The translations under genes and the position numbers were made by a program. Under the pieces are notes generated by a model. It made no database searches. It worked only from the letters and a program-made list of their open reading frames with translations, and was not told the origin of the DNA. This document shows positions 1 to 13,144 of a DNA stretch of 64,000 nucleotides, one piece after another (the first letter of the stretch is position 1; each line of letters opens with the position of its first letter). Origin of the DNA: Vicugna vicugna (lineage: Eukaryota); assembly GCA_013265495.1 (NCBI GenBank), contig MU058198.1, positions 1,004,419 to 1,068,418 on the forward strand, read 5' to 3'.

Positions 1-689
1 GCCCGAGTTCACACAGCGAGAGATACAAATGAAGTGCTGCGAGAATTCAAAAGAGAACTATTTAATGGTTGGCCTAAAAAGGTAGGGGAAAGCTTCCAAA
101 CCCACAGACATGAATATGCCTCTGGTGGATACTGGTAATAGACAAAATATCTACATTAAGCATGAGACACTGGGCAGGGCTGAGCTGGGGTAAGTGTTTC
201 AGTCCGGACATTGGTTTTTCCTCACCATCTGGAAATGGCAGCCTTCTGCTCTCTCTGTACCCAGAGGACCCGAGGGCAGACCTATTCCTCCCCTCTCTCT
301 GGACAAAATGGGACCATCAGTGTCTCATGACACAAAGCCAGTTCTCTGCTGTGAAAATGAGAAAATGTTACTTAATTTCATTGACCCTCAGTTCCCTCCA
401 TGGTAAAATGAGCTTAATAATATTTATTGCAGATGATTATTATGAGGAATAAAGGCATGTGCAGACTTAACATAGTGCCTGCACACAGCGCAATCTCCCA
501 GAAATGCTGGATATTATTATGGGCAGTACTTGCTTTATCCCCACAAGCCTTTTTTTTATGGCAGTTTTGAAGTCAAAGTAATTCATGTTTGCAGGTGGAA
601 TATCTGACTCTCAAATCTCTGGAGCAGTCAAGTTCATTTTATTCATTTGGCCCACTTTGTAGTGGGGACTTGGAGAGGGATTCTCCAGA

Positions 690-1107
690 TGCTTACTGTA
701 ATTCTGGCTGCTGAAATACAACCCCTAAATCCAGTAGCTTAAGACTACAAAAGTATATTTCTTGCTCAGAAATTGGTTCAACATAGGTATTCCTGGTCAC
801 TGGGGTGACTGTTCACTGGATGATCCCTGGGCCCAGGTTCTTTCCATCTTTTGGCTCTTCTCCCTCTCCAGGCCTTGGACTCCTCTGCATCCATCCAGAG
901 GATGAGGGAGAGAACATGGAAGAACAGTGAAGGAGGTCTTCAAGGGCAAGGCATAGAAGTGGCTTGCATCACTTCCATCCACATCCTTTGCTTGGAATTC
1001 AGTCACATGGCCACATACAACTTTAAGAGAGGTTGGGAACTGTGGTCCAATCATGCACCCAAAAAGAGGAAACAGATGTGGTGACCAACTAGCCAGTCTC
1101 TGCCTCG
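690..1107 (-). mobile_element. ERVL-MaLR LTR, old MLT1 type (J/K/L-like)
   Basis: Typical MLT1 motifs 'cagtagcttaag...tatttcttgctca', 'tcagtcacatggccac', and the end 'ctagccagtctctgcc', which is the reverse complement of the MLT1 LTR start. Confidence 0.7.
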
Positions 1108-1349
1108 CTGATCATGTCAAGGAGTCTTCAAATTTGGTCAAGAAGCCCTAAAAGAATTTACCATTGCTCTTCTGATTAGTCTGGGAAGACACTCTGGAGA
1201 AGAGATTTTAGGAACTACCAGAAAGAATGGAATTCATCTTGTTGAGGACCTACTGTGTGCAGTGTGCCTGATTCTATATTTCTGTTACTTTGTTTAATCC
1301 TTGTAGCAATGACTTGAAGGCAGTCATGGAGCAAACCCTGATAAATGCT

Positions 1350-1580
1350 TAGCTACTATTTATTGAGGTCCTACTGTGTGCTAGGTATCTTGCTTTACAT
1401 GTGTGGTCTTGTTTAGCCTCCTCAAACCCAGCCAGGTAGGCATCAATTTGCATCATTTTATGGTGAGAAAATTGAAGGCTACATGTGACTTGCCCTAGGG
1501 TACACAGCTAGTATGGGGCTAAACTGGGGCTGGAACTGAGCTCTGTTTTGACTCTGGAGTTCTAATTCTTTCCACTGGGG
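1350..1580 (-). mobile_element. MIR SINE
   Basis: 'tttattgaggtcctactgtgtgctagg...catttta..gtgagaaaattgaaggct...tgacttgccctagggtacacagctag' matches the MIR reverse complement. Confidence 0.7.
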
Positions 1581-2159
1581 TTTGGAAAGAAACTCTTAGC
1601 TAGGATTTCTTTAAATCACAAGATCGATTTCATCTTGGACTCCCTATCCCCTGACTACCCTCCCCTGAAGTGGAAGCAGCTCTGGAGCAAGCAGGGATTT
1701 CCAGCGGCCAGAGAGAGATAGGCCAACTGAGGTCTTTCCCGACAATGCTCTGCTTCTGGGTTCAATTCCTCTCCTAATCTAACCTCTGCTATGTGCCAAG
1801 CAGTGACTAAGCCATTGACTCACTTCTTTTATGGCCTGAGGAGTCCAGCTTTGATGAGATGCGCAGTGCCTGGAAGTCAGCCACCTGCCAGCATCTGGGC
1901 CTGATGTCGGGGTTACACCTGTGGGCGTTTGAGGTGGAGATAACCAGAAGCACCATTTGGGGTGGCTTTCCGTGCTTTGCACAATCAATGTTCACTGGTG
2001 CCTTTGCAGGTCATTATATTTTAGTTTTTTAAAATCTTATTTCAGACCTCTGTTTAGTCTCTAAACAGTTACTTTAGGTAACAAATTCTTATAGTTTTTT
2101 TTGCAGTTCATAGTCTTATAGTACTAGTTTTAACAATAACACTAACACCACAATATCCA

Positions 2160-2335
2160 GTGTTCATTAAGTACTTACTATGTGTCTGTACAACTCTCTG
2201 AAGTGGGTACTAATTTTATCACCATTTTAAAGAAGAGGAGACCAAGTCTCAGAGTGTTTAGGTAACATGATCAAAGTCATGCAGTTAGAATTGGGTTATG
2301 GACCTGGACAGACTGGCTCCAGATCCTATTCTTGA
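2160..2335 (-). mobile_element. MIR SINE
   Basis: Core 'ccattttaaagaagaggagaccaagtctcagag...taacatgatcaaagtcatgcagttag'. Confidence 0.65.
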
Positions 2336-2478
2336 CTGAAAGGCCTAAACTGAGAAGCATTCAGGGTTTTAATGATATGTCTTTTTATTGTCTGCTTCTT
2401 GAAAAAAAATCATGAGGAAACTGAGGATCAGGGAGTTTCAGAGACAGGCTTGATTGAATGTTAAGGGTAGTCACCAGA

Positions 2479-3040
2479 TGTATTAGTTATATACTGCTGT
2501 GTAACAAGTTACCTACAAACTTTGCAGCTTAAAACAACAAACATTTATCATCTCACAGTTTCTGTGCATCAGGAATTGGGGATCACTTAGTCAGTGGCCC
2601 TGGCTCAGAGTCTGAAGTGGTGCCTGGGGTTGCACTCACCTGAAGACTTGGATGGTTTAGGCTTGTCCCCTGTCACTCCTGTGTATGTTGGCAGCCTTAG
2701 TTCCTGGCTGGCTGCTGAGTGAGGGCCTCACTCCTTTGCCGTGGGGCCTCTCTATAGGGTGCCCAAGTGTCCTCACAATATGGCCCCAAGACTCCCCCAC
2801 CAGAGTGAGTGATCCAAGAGACAGAGCAAGCCCAGATAAAAGCCCTGGTATCTTTTACAGACCTAATCTTGGAAGTGATTAGGTAGCCATCATTGCCATC
2901 TCTTCTGTCAAATTCTATTAGTCACACAGACCAATAGTCCCACAGGCCAAAGCTGGTACAATATCAGAGGGGACTGCAGAAGGCTGGGAATACCAGGAGG
3001 TGGGGAGCATTGGACACCATCTTGGGAGTTAGCTGCCACA
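2479..3040 (-). mobile_element. MaLR solo LTR (MLT1E/F/G-like)
   Basis: TG...CA termini ('tgtattagtt...ctgccaca'), motif 'gcttaaaacaacaaacatttatcatctcacagtttctgtg', and a 5-bp TSD ccaga/ccagg. Confidence 0.85.
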
Positions 3041-3214
3041 CCAGGAATTAGACTCCTGCCATGTGCTAGACACTGTGTGCCAGATACTTTACCAAATGTA
3101 CTTTCCTTGAAGGTCAGAAGATAATGATTTAGGTTCTGAGTCCTCACTGCAGGTGAGTCATGGCTCCTTCTGGAACTCTGTTTTTCTCCTTGAGTCCTAC
3201 CCAAGAAGTATAGT

Positions 3215-3470
3215 GAAGAGGCTAAGACCATTGGCATTGGTGCTCACCTGGGTGCAATTCCTGGTTCTACTCCTGATTGGTCAGGTGACCCTGTGCAAGA
3301 TATTTAACCCTCTAGGTGTCAATTTCTCCTTCCTTAAAACAGAGATAGAGGGGGTGTTATGGGGGTTACATGAAGTAATGATGGGAAAGATAGTGGATGA
3401 AAAGAACATGCTTGTCACAGAGCTTAACATAAGCGGGCATTCCATGATAAGTTTGAGCTGTTACATTTTA
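3215..3470 (+). mobile_element. MIR SINE
   Basis: 'cctgggtgcaattcctggttctac...gtgaccctgtgcaagatatttaaccctct...caatttctc'. Confidence 0.6.
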
Positions 3471-4533
3471 AACAATAGTGTTGAACTCAGATCCCTCTGG
3501 CCGTAACCTACATGGTCACCCAGAATTGCCCCATCACTAAAATGATAAATGTGAACACCTCACACTCAGGTCATGCCATCCTGTCCTCCACACTTTTTCT
3601 GTCAGTTACTCCCACTAAAGCTGGCCATTGCATCTTCAGTTTTCTTCATGTCCATCAGCCCCTCCTGGTCTTCACTTCCTCCCCAATAAGTCTAGGAACC
3701 ACAGTCCATCATTTGAGCCACTTTCTCAGGGATGTCTTCCACTTCTGTGCTTCATGGTCCCTCTCTTGTGCCCCTGGGGAATTCTCCATCTTTCTGACGA
3801 CTTGCACTTATGTCTGTTCTGATGCGCTCTCCTGGACTAAGTCCTAGAAGGTTCTATACTGGCAGCATTATAATTCAAGGGATTCATTCTTAATGCAGCC
3901 TAGAATTCCTTCTGTGTTACCATCGTTGACTTGCTTATTTCCAATTTTCTTAACTTGCCTTAAACCTCCTTCCCCACCATCCTTTCTTTCCTTTTCCCTC
4001 CTATCTTTCACCAAATACTGATTCTAGTGTGTGGCAGATGTATTTGCTGGCATTGAAGAGTCAGTAGTGAACAAAACAAGAGGGGCATGGCTCCTGCCCC
4101 CTGAAAGTTTCACAAAGAAAATATAAGCTGTCAGGTTCAGACTATCTTTATTTCCTGTTTTAACAGGAAGCTGTGGTTATATTCACCTTCAGATTTATCA
4201 TCCTCTTCACCCTCTTGCTTCTCCTCCTCTTCATCATCAATATCATCATCACAGTCTCTTATATTAATGCCAACCATGTGCCAGGACAGTTCTAGGCAAT
4301 TTACATACACTGATGTGTTTCATACATTATAACGCATGAACTTAACCAAAACGCTAGGAGGTAGGGACTCTTACTACCTCCCTTTTTATATACAAGGAAA
4401 TAAAGCCCAGAGAGGTTAAGTAACTTGTACAAGTTACACTACATTTAGTATAAAATTCACCCTCTGCTCTTACAATGGACGAGATGTTCTGCCCTCTGTT
4501 GAAGGTTAGTCTGTCCATACTTGTTTTGGATCT

Positions 4534-4691
4534 AGGATTGTCAGATTTAGCAAATCAAAATACAGAATGCCAAGTTAGATTTGAATGTCAGATAAACAGT
4601 GAGTGATTTTTAACATAAGTATGTCCCAGGCAAGATTCGGGACACACTTATACTAAAAAATTATGTATTATTTATTTGAAATTCAAATTTA
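4534..4691. mobile_element. MER53-like palindromic hAT MITE, missing one end
   Basis: 'ggattgtcagatttagcaaatcaaaatacag...ataagtatgtccc-aggcaagattc-gggacacacttatactaaaaa...gaaattcaaattta', with internal inverted symmetry. Confidence 0.8.
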
Positions 4692-5779
4692 CCAGCTCCC
4701 AGGCCCTCTCCTCAAGGACTTCACTCCATCAGTTACTTGCCACTCCCACCCTCTTGGGAATGTCCTGATGGCTTTGCACCCGTGTGCGAAGTGGGTGATA
4801 GTACCTTGGGAGTGACATGATAGGAACTGAATCCTGAACAAAACACCCTGGGGCTGCCCTTCGGGGCAGTGCCCCTAATGGAGGAAGAGTTTAGAGGCAA
4901 AGAGATCAGGCATGGTAGTGATCTGGGTATCTGGTGATCCTATTTTACAGAATCAAGGTTTGTGTCCCCAGTAGGACCCCTGGAGCTGGAGGAGGGAGAA
5001 GCCTGGAGTCTTCCTTACCGATAAGGTGCACACAAGGGCTTCCATATCCTCTCTCACTGCTCCTGGGCAGAAAGCTCTATCTCCAATGAGAAATGAGGTC
5101 AGCAGGGTGGAGGGAAACACTCCCTGGCTCTTTATTGAATTCAATCATTTACATCTCACTGAACCCAATCAAATTACCCACTTATTACATTAAAATGGCA
5201 AAAGAAAGATTGTGTCAAGCAGTGCTAATTCAATAGGAAAAGAAAAGAGGGGCTGACTGAGAGCGCTGTGTCATGGGATTCTGACACCCGTTTTCAAGAG
5301 GTAGAAGTCTGATGTCCTCCTCTGCCCACGGGGGTCATGATGACCTTTTTTCAGATGGCTTTGCTGAATGCTAGGCATTGGTGAAGAAAGGGGAGACAGA
5401 AGCCCTGAGCCCTGCAGAGGCACAGGCTGGGAAGGCGGGGACAGAGAGGAATGGTGAGATGGTACCTTCAAGGAGAAGTACTTTAAAGACAAGACATTGT
5501 CAGGGATTTGGAGTCAGATTCCAACGTTTACTAACTCTGTGACTTTGAGCAAGTGGCTTGACTTTTCTGATGCTTAGTTTCCTTGTCCACTAAATGGAGG
5601 ATGGCAATATTTGCCAAAGCAATGTTTTGTACAAGTGGTAATCCAGAGAAAGTCATTCCCTTTTCAAGTCTCTTTTGATCCTTCTCATTACACTAAGGAG
5701 AAAGACTCAGTTTGGTACTCAGCTTTCTTTAACACTTCTTTAGTACTTTCAAGAACTCTCTGATCTTTTCTTGGAAGCT

Positions 5780-6020
5780 AGAGTGTTAGGGCACAGTTGA
5801 GAGTTGGAATCATCCAGACTTGCATTTGAATTCCCCTGCCATCCTTAATAGATGTGTGATCTTGGCTAAAGAGGCTTAATCACTCTGTGTATCAATTTCC
5901 TCAAATGTAAAACAAGAGTAACATACCCATTTCATAAGTTTGTTACTGAGTATAAATGAGCTCGTGAGTGTACAATGCTTAGTATGGAGCCTGGTTCATA
6001 GTAAACCATAAATGCTAGTG
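5780..6020 (+). mobile_element. MIR SINE
   Basis: 'cagacttgcatttgaattcc...tgtgtgatcttggc...caatttcctcaaatgtaaaac...cttagtatggagcctggttcatagtaa'. Confidence 0.7.
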
Positions 6021-6079
6021 ATTCTCCTCCTCCTCCTTTCCTTCTTCTTCATTTCAGCTTCTTCTCTGCCACTTCCTCT

Positions 6080-6447
6080 CCCAGACTCTCACACTCTCTG
6101 CACTCCATCCATTGTGAGGTTTTGTACTTCCCAATTCTACCTGCTTTCTCATACCTCAGGGCCTTTGCACAGGCCCTCCTTCTGACTGGAGCAGTCTTCA
6201 CTTCAGCTGTTTCCTGGCCAACTCCTACTCATCTTTCAGGCCTCAGCTGATGTATTTCTTCTTCCAAGAAGCCTACACTGACTTATAGTCTCCCTTCCCT
6301 GTGGTTTTTTCTTAATGTAATATTTTAGAATTTGTTTCTTTTCTCTCCTGGGAAGCCTGAAAGTGTCCTGAGGGCAAGATTCAAGACCCTGGTCTGTCTT
6401 GTGTTTTCTTGTACCCCTAGCACCTAGCACAGAATCTGACAAATAGT
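6080..6447 (+). mobile_element. L2 LINE 3' fragment
   Basis: 'cctcagggcctttgcac...cctgagggcaag...gtacccctagcacctagcacagaatctgacaaatag'. Confidence 0.7.
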
Positions 6448-6540
6448 AATGGTTGCCTAAGAGCTAGCCAGGAGTCCGATGTGGTTCTATGTACTTTACA
6501 TATATCAGCTTGCTTAATCCTCACAATTTTCTGAGACAGG

Positions 6541-7025
6541 TTTTTTTTTTATTTTAAACTGCTTTATTGAAATATAACTGACATACAATAAAGTATGCAT
6601 ATTAAAAGTGTACACTTTGATACAGTTTGACATGTATACACCTGTGAGAACAAAACTGCAATCAAGATAATGAACATATTCATCAACCCCAAATATTCCT
6701 TGTACCCCTTAATAATCCTTCCATCCCGCTGTCCTGGCTACTCCGTCCCTAAGCAAACACTGGTGTGCTCTCTGCCTCTATAAACATTTTCTAAAAATGT
6801 TATGTAAGTGAAATCATACAATATGAACTTTTTTGATCTGGCTAATTTACAGAGCATAATTATTTTGAGATTCATCCATTTTGTTGCATATATAAATGTT
6901 CATTCCCTTTTATTACTAAATGGTGTTCCACTGAATGGATACATCGCAATTTATTTATCCCTTCACCTATTGGTGGCCATTTGGTTGTTTCTGGTTTTGC
7001 GTTATTACAAAGAAAGCTGCTATGG
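6541..7025 (-). mobile_element. L1M 3' fragment inserted into a MIR
   Basis: Poly(T) start, 'ctttattgaaatataactgacatacaata', 'gagattcatccat', 'caggtttt' on both flanks (TSD-like), and MIR halves on both sides. Confidence 0.85.
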
Positions 7026-7180
7026 GCAGGTTTTATTTTACCCCATTCTACAGATGAGGAAACTGAGGCAGGGAGTATATGGATTGCTTAAGGCCACAAA
7101 GCTCATAAATGGCAGAGCCATATGCAGACTGAGGTGCCGTAGGTCTAGAGCCTGAGCTCTTGTCCCCCAATCTGTGTATT

Positions 7181-7342
7181 TATTTACTTACTAATTGTCT
7201 TCTTTTTAGATTTATTGGGGGGAGGTAATTAGACTTATTTATTTATTTATTTATTATTTTTTAATGGAAGTACTGGGGGTTGAACCCAGGATCTGGTGCA
7301 CGTTAAGTGTGCGCTCTACCACTGAGCTATACCCTCTCCCCC
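7181..7342 (-). mobile_element. Camelid tRNA-Ala-derived SINE (Vic-1 type)
   Basis: Reverse complement reads ggggagagggtatagctcagtggtagagcgc...gggttcaacccccagtacttcca + (AAAT)n + 'ctaattacctcccccc'. Pol III A and B boxes present; degenerate TSD atctgtgtatt/atctctatatt. Confidence 0.9.
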
Positions 7343-7349
7343 ATCTCTA

Positions 7350-8290
7350 TATTAAGGAGGTTTCAAACATGAGCAAAACTAGAGAGAACAGAATAACGGA
7401 CAACCATGGATCCATCACTCAACTCCAGGAATTAAGTCATGGCCATATTATTTAATCCTTCTTCCTACATGCTTAATCTTTCGCTGGAATATTTTAAAGA
7501 ATCCCAGACATAACATTATCTTGCTTACAAATATGTCAGTTTGTATCTCTGACTTATGCGAACATAAAAAAAAGAGTTTTTGTGTGGAAATTTCAAGCCT
7601 AGGCAAAAGCAGAGACAATGACATAACTTCCCTTGTCCATATCATCAGCTTTGACAGTTACCCATTCTTGGTTGGTCTTGTTGCTTTACGGCCTCATCTA
7701 TATTCCCCTTTCTCTCCCTTGCCAATTATTTTGAAGAAAATCTAGGGCATTGTATCATTTTATTTGTAAATATGTCTGTATGTATAAAAGATAAGGACTC
7801 TTTTTAAAAAAATAGCCAGAATATCACTATCACACCTAAACAATTTATAATGTTCCTTTATATCATCAAACATTCAGTTGACACATTTCTCTGATCGTCT
7901 CATACTGTTTTATTGTTTCTTCTCCTCTTTCCCTCTTCCCTCCTCCTTCTCTCCCTCTTTTTCTTTGCCTTTTTTCTTTTTACAGTCTGATTGAATCAGC
8001 ATATAAACAAGGACCATATGTTGCAGTTGGTTGAGAAATCTCTAAAGTCTCTTTTAACCTATAGATTCTCCCCACACCCCGTCTCTTTTTCTCCCTCACA
8101 ATTTATTTGGCCATCAAGGCCATATTTTACGTATCCTTCACGCCATTATCACTCTCACAAAATTAACAATAATCCTTATTATCATCTAATACCCATCTGT
8201 ATTCACATTTCCCTGATTGTGATGGTTCCGAACAGGTCTTTGGGTGTTTTGTCAAATCAAGATCCGTGCAAGTCTCCCATTGCATTTGGT
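7350..8290 (-). mobile_element. Old L1 (L1MC/ME-like) 3' fragments
   Basis: 'aaaagataaggactcttttt...tatcactatcacacctaa', 'tcaaatcaagatcc...cattgcatttggt'. Confidence 0.6.
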
Positions 8291-9599
8291 GCTGATGGTT
8301 CTCCGATTTTTTTCTGCTCCAGGTCAGACCCTCTTCCCCATTTGTCAGGCTCTTGCTGTGTCCTGCATAATGCATCATGCTGTCAGCCCCCCGGGCTGCG
8401 CTTTCTTTCCCAAGAAACACTCTGTGATAATTGTCGAATGAATGAATGAACAGAGGAGGGAATGAGTGTCCAGGAGGAAGCAGCTAAGAGAGCAAGGGGT
8501 CATAACAATCCCGGAATGTTGTCTGAAGCAGCTTCCTCTGTTCTAGACTAGATCAGTGATCTCCCCGTGTAGGTGCGCATGCAACAAAATGGAATGTCAC
8601 ACAGTAACCTGCATAAATAAAACAGTTGAAAACTGAGTGTTTGAGGGCCTGAGCCCTGGCCCCACACCACCTGGGTCAGAGTCCTGACCTTGCTGCTTAC
8701 AAGCTGGGTGACCTCGGACCCATTACCTAACCTCTCTGAGCCTTGGTTCCCTTTTCTGTGAAAGAGGATTTATAATTGTATCCACCCCTAGGAACTTTTG
8801 TAAGGATCTTTTTTTTTTTTTAAATTAGCCCTTTAATAAACAAAATTAGCCCATCTGAAATCTCCCAATACCTGAAGTACTAGTCTTGGATGGGTTAGCT
8901 GCAAGATTCCAGTTCCGAAGCCAATGGCGGCCGAGTCCAGCCCTGGATTAATGGACTAGTGTTGGTATCTAGATGCTTGGCTTCAGTCTGTGCAAAGTGC
9001 CCAGAACTGCGCTTGGCACAATGTGAGTCTTCAATGAATGTTGGCTCTGACCATGATCATTAATGTTATTAAAAGAGAGGGTGAGGGAGGCCTGACAGGG
9101 CCTGTGGGTCCCCTTCCAGAGCTCTGGCCTTGGGATCATTGGAGTCATCAAACCCCTTCCTCCCTCACCCGGAGGTCTGTGTCTAGGGGGTCACTGGTGG
9201 GCAGGAAGCCAGAGGGTCACACTCTTTGGCTTGTCCTACTGAAGCCAGAAAATACCGTCCACCACCTCCTTCCCCAGCCCTGCTCAGATGGTTCCCAGGT
9301 ACCGTCTTGCAAACTTGAAACAGCCCGGTGCCAACTTCGTGTTTTGAAACCCAAACCCTGAAACCGATCTCTTGCAACTTGGCTGGCAAACCAAGTACAT
9401 CTGCTTTAGAGCAATTAAGAAATTGCAGCCTGACAAAGGAAAACATGCTGTTGAAACGGGCTTCTGTGTTCTATCAAATATTCACGGCCGGCTGATGGGC
9501 TGTCACAACAGACTGGAAGGGAAGCTCAGAAGTGAGCCTGAGACCAGAGCCACTGATACCTCCAGGCCTTGTTATTAATAGTGCTATGGCCGTAACCGG

Positions 9600-9820
9600 T
9601 GTCTCTTGAGGTCTTTCTCTGTGCCAGGCACGGTGCCATGCTAACGTTGGCTTTCCCTTATTGGATCTTCACAACTGCTCTAGGAGGCAGATAGAATTGT
9701 TCCCATTTTACAGATGAGGAAAATGAGGCTTAGAGAGGTTAAGGCATTTGTGCAAGATTTCCACAGGGGCAGAGTTGGGATTTGAACCCAGTTCTGTTCA
9801 GAGCTTTGAACCACGCCACT
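9600..9820 (-). mobile_element. MIR SINE
   Basis: 'cccattttacagatgaggaaaatgaggcttagagaggttaag...gggatttgaaccca'. Confidence 0.8.
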
Positions 9821-10719
9821 AAACTTCCTTTTGGCTAGGAAATCTATCAGTTGATAGGATGGATGACGCATGCATCGAACTCAGAATTCCTGGTCAGCTG
9901 TGGTTAGCAAACATTATTTTTCTTCCTGTGATAGGACATGCTGGTGTCTATCAAAATGCTTTTGTTTCAGAGATAAATTCAGTATACTGTGAAACAGCAT
10001 TGCAAACCCATAGGGGGAGAAATCTATTTCAACTTGATGGTTAATGGATTAATGTCTAAAGATGTTTGCCTGCAGACAAGTGTTTAATACAGTGTGTGCG
10101 TATATATACATTAGCAGATTTAAAATACATGCTCTTGTTTCAAATTCCTTTTTCTCAGTACCCAACTGCTTGTTAATTTGCTACTTTAAATCCGTGAGAC
10201 TTACCTCTCCCCTCCCAGCTATGCTTTGCTTTTTACTTCCTTCTTACTCCACAGTGTTCTCCTGATTTCAGCCTGCTCTGAAAAGCAGTGTATATTAAAG
10301 CCACACAGACACACATCCTGGCACACTCCCAGCCTGAAGCATCAGTGTGAGCTTACACATCTTTGACGAATTGGCTGACAGTCTTTAAGCAGTGTACTGG
10401 AATTTTGCCTGGGACAGTAAGCCAGAAAAATACATTTTTACTTGAACTTGGCTCTCAGTAAAATAACGTCTTTGTGTGGCTGGGGCAGGAGCTGGACAGG
10501 CAGTGAGAGAAGATCTTATTAGTGGCCCGTGGTCTGAAAGTACGGCGGGCATCTTTTAGTGGGGGAGATGCAATTTTTTTTTATTATTTGCAGCGATCCT
10601 TTGGGCTTTTTAAGTTATAAACAAATTGGTTTCAAGCTGGCCTTATTAAAGAAAAGAGAAAATATACAATGGGGAAGAAAAACTCATTTTCAGGCTGCTG
10701 GCATGGTCAACCTAGAGGT

Positions 10720-11560
10720 GACTTGAGTTGCATTCTGTCTCACCTGGAAGTTCTGAAGTTTGGAGGACTTGCTCAGGCCACACCTGGGAGTCACCCGGGC
10801 TCTTCTCTTTTCCTTACATCTCACATCAAACTTGTCACTTCCACCTTTGTGAGGAAGATAAATACATCCACCTCCGCTGTCATCACCCGGGTTCAAACCA
10901 CAGCAGCTCCTATTGGAATACTGCAGCTGCCTCCTAGTTGGTTTCCTGGCTTCCCAGCTGAGTGTCTATTTGCTGCACCACAGCCAGAGTGATGCTATGA
11001 AGACATAAGTCATATGACGTTACTTTTCTATTGGCTCCTACCTCACCCAGAGTAAAGGCCAAAGTCTTCTCCTTGACCGTCATGGCTCTAGAGGGCTGGC
11101 TCTGTGCTCTCTCTCTCACCCCCACTGCTCTGCCTCTCCTTCAGTCCCCTCCACCACACTGGCCTCCTCGCTGTGCCTTGAGCATCCTGCAGTTGGGATC
11201 AATCTCAGGGCCTTTGCATGTGCTGTTCCTTCTACCTGGAGTGTTGTTTCCTCAGATAGCAACACACTACTTTACTTCCCTTTGTCCTTTATTCAAATGA
11301 TTCTTCCCTGGACCTCCTCCTGCCCAATCTAAAATTTCAACTCCTTGTCTTCAACATTCTATATTCATCTTCCCTTTTTAATTCCCCTCCCTGCTGCAAA
11401 ATGTTTATCATTATCTAACACATCATACAATTTACTCATCTTCCTTGTTTGTTGCCTGTCTCATTGCCCCCATGCCACCTCTGGCATTTTATCTAGCTGT
11501 TTTGTTAACTCCGCTCCGTCTTGTGCCCAAGACAATGCTTAACAAATATTTCTCACCTGA
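10720..11560 (+). mobile_element. L2 LINE fragment
   Basis: 'ccacagccagagtgat', 'ctcagggcctttgcatgtgctgttccttctacctgga', and the 3' end 'gcttaacaaatattt'. Confidence 0.75.
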
Positions 11561-11569
11561 TCAAATGAG

Positions 11570-11898
11570 CATCTTAGCCCATTTGGGCTTCTGTAAGAGA
11601 ACACCGTAATCAAGGTGGCTTATAGACAGCAGGATTTTATTTCTCACATTTCTGGAGGCTGGAAAGTCCAAGATCAAGGCACTGGCAGTTTCAGTGTCTG
11701 GTGAGAGCTCACTTCCTGGTTCATAGACTTGACTTCTTGCTGTGCCTCACGTGACAAAGGGATGAGCAAGCTCTCTGGGGTCTTTTATAAGGGCACTAAT
11801 CCTATTCATGAGCACAACACCCTCATGACCTAATCATCCCTCAATGGCCCCCTTCTCATATCAGCACACTGGGGATTAGGTTTCAACATATGAGTTTG
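11570..11898 (-). mobile_element. MaLR LTR (MLT1A/MST-like)
   Basis: 'ttatttctcacatttctggaggctggaaagtccaagatcaaggc...ttttataagggcactaatcc...gggattaggtttcaacatatgag'. Confidence 0.85.
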
Positions 11899-13144
11899 TT
11901 CTTTTTGGATAGTCCTACAAACCCACATTATTTACACGAATGGGTAGATAATGAAGCTTCCTTCTTTTTTGTTATGATAACTAGGCTTCCTTGCATGGGA
12001 CCACAGTAGACAGTCTGGCTCTTGAATTCTATTTTGTGGCTGGTGCGTGTGCACTGACTTTAAAATCAGGTGGCTCACTAAGAGATACCTGCAGAAGGGA
12101 GACACGGGTAAAATGAAAGAAACAGTCACCTTCGTGAGACATGATGGTTACAGGACAGGGGAAATGTCCCCAGATACTAGTGAGGCAGGATGGTGTCCAG
12201 TTGAAAAGCACAAGCTCTTGCCTTAGACCACCTGGGTTCAAATCCTGGCTCCATCTCTTCCTAGTAGTGATGAAATCTTGGCATATTAATGTCTCCAAAC
12301 CTGAGTTTCTCCATCAGAAAAATGGGGATGATGACAATTGCGCCCACCACGGGAGGCTTCAGGGATTCAGAGAAAAGGCATGTTCCAAGGGTAGCAAGGT
12401 GACAGGCACACAGTGAGGACTCTGTGGATGTGTGCTGTGGCTGTTGGCTGAGGACAGAGTGGTCAGTCACTGCTGTCACTGAGACAAGGGGCCAGGTAGG
12501 GCTGTAGAGGGCTTAGGCTGTGATCTTTGGAGCTCCACTTACTGGGAACTGCAGAAAAGGGTCCATTAAGTTTCCAGAACTCAAAGCTTCCAAGTCTGAA
12601 TTATCATCCAGTTCTCAACTCTGGCTCTGAGCAGAGGGTGTCTTTTTAGGGTGTTGGCTCAGGCAGGTCTCCTTTTCTTTGAGACTTGTTTTCTGTGTTC
12701 AGCGGGGAGCTCCTGTAAGCAGGTGTGTATTGCATGACCCTGCCCTTAGGCTAAAGCTGATTATACTTGACCCGGATTGGAACAATCAGACCAAAGCTCC
12801 TGGAAATTTAGAATTGGGACTTGGTTTCTCCAGGCACTTGATCTGGGAGGATGTGTGAACTCAGGGCCTGTCGGACACCACATTGAGCCTGGATACTGAG
12901 AAAGTCTAAAGTGGGAGAGAGAGGCAGGGGCATCAGATATTTGGGGGGGCTGTCGGGGGTCTCACCTTCCCTGCCATGTTGGGGAATTTTCCTTTCTGTC
13001 AGTCTGGTGGGAGCAAAGAAGCCCTCTGAAGAAGCCCCCGAATCCAAAGCCTTGTTTCCGTGACCTCCTGGCAGCTGGTGCAGGGGAAGTGGTGCTCAGC
13101 CAGATGTGCCGCTCAGCTGGGGCTGGAGTCCGGAGCCACAGTTG

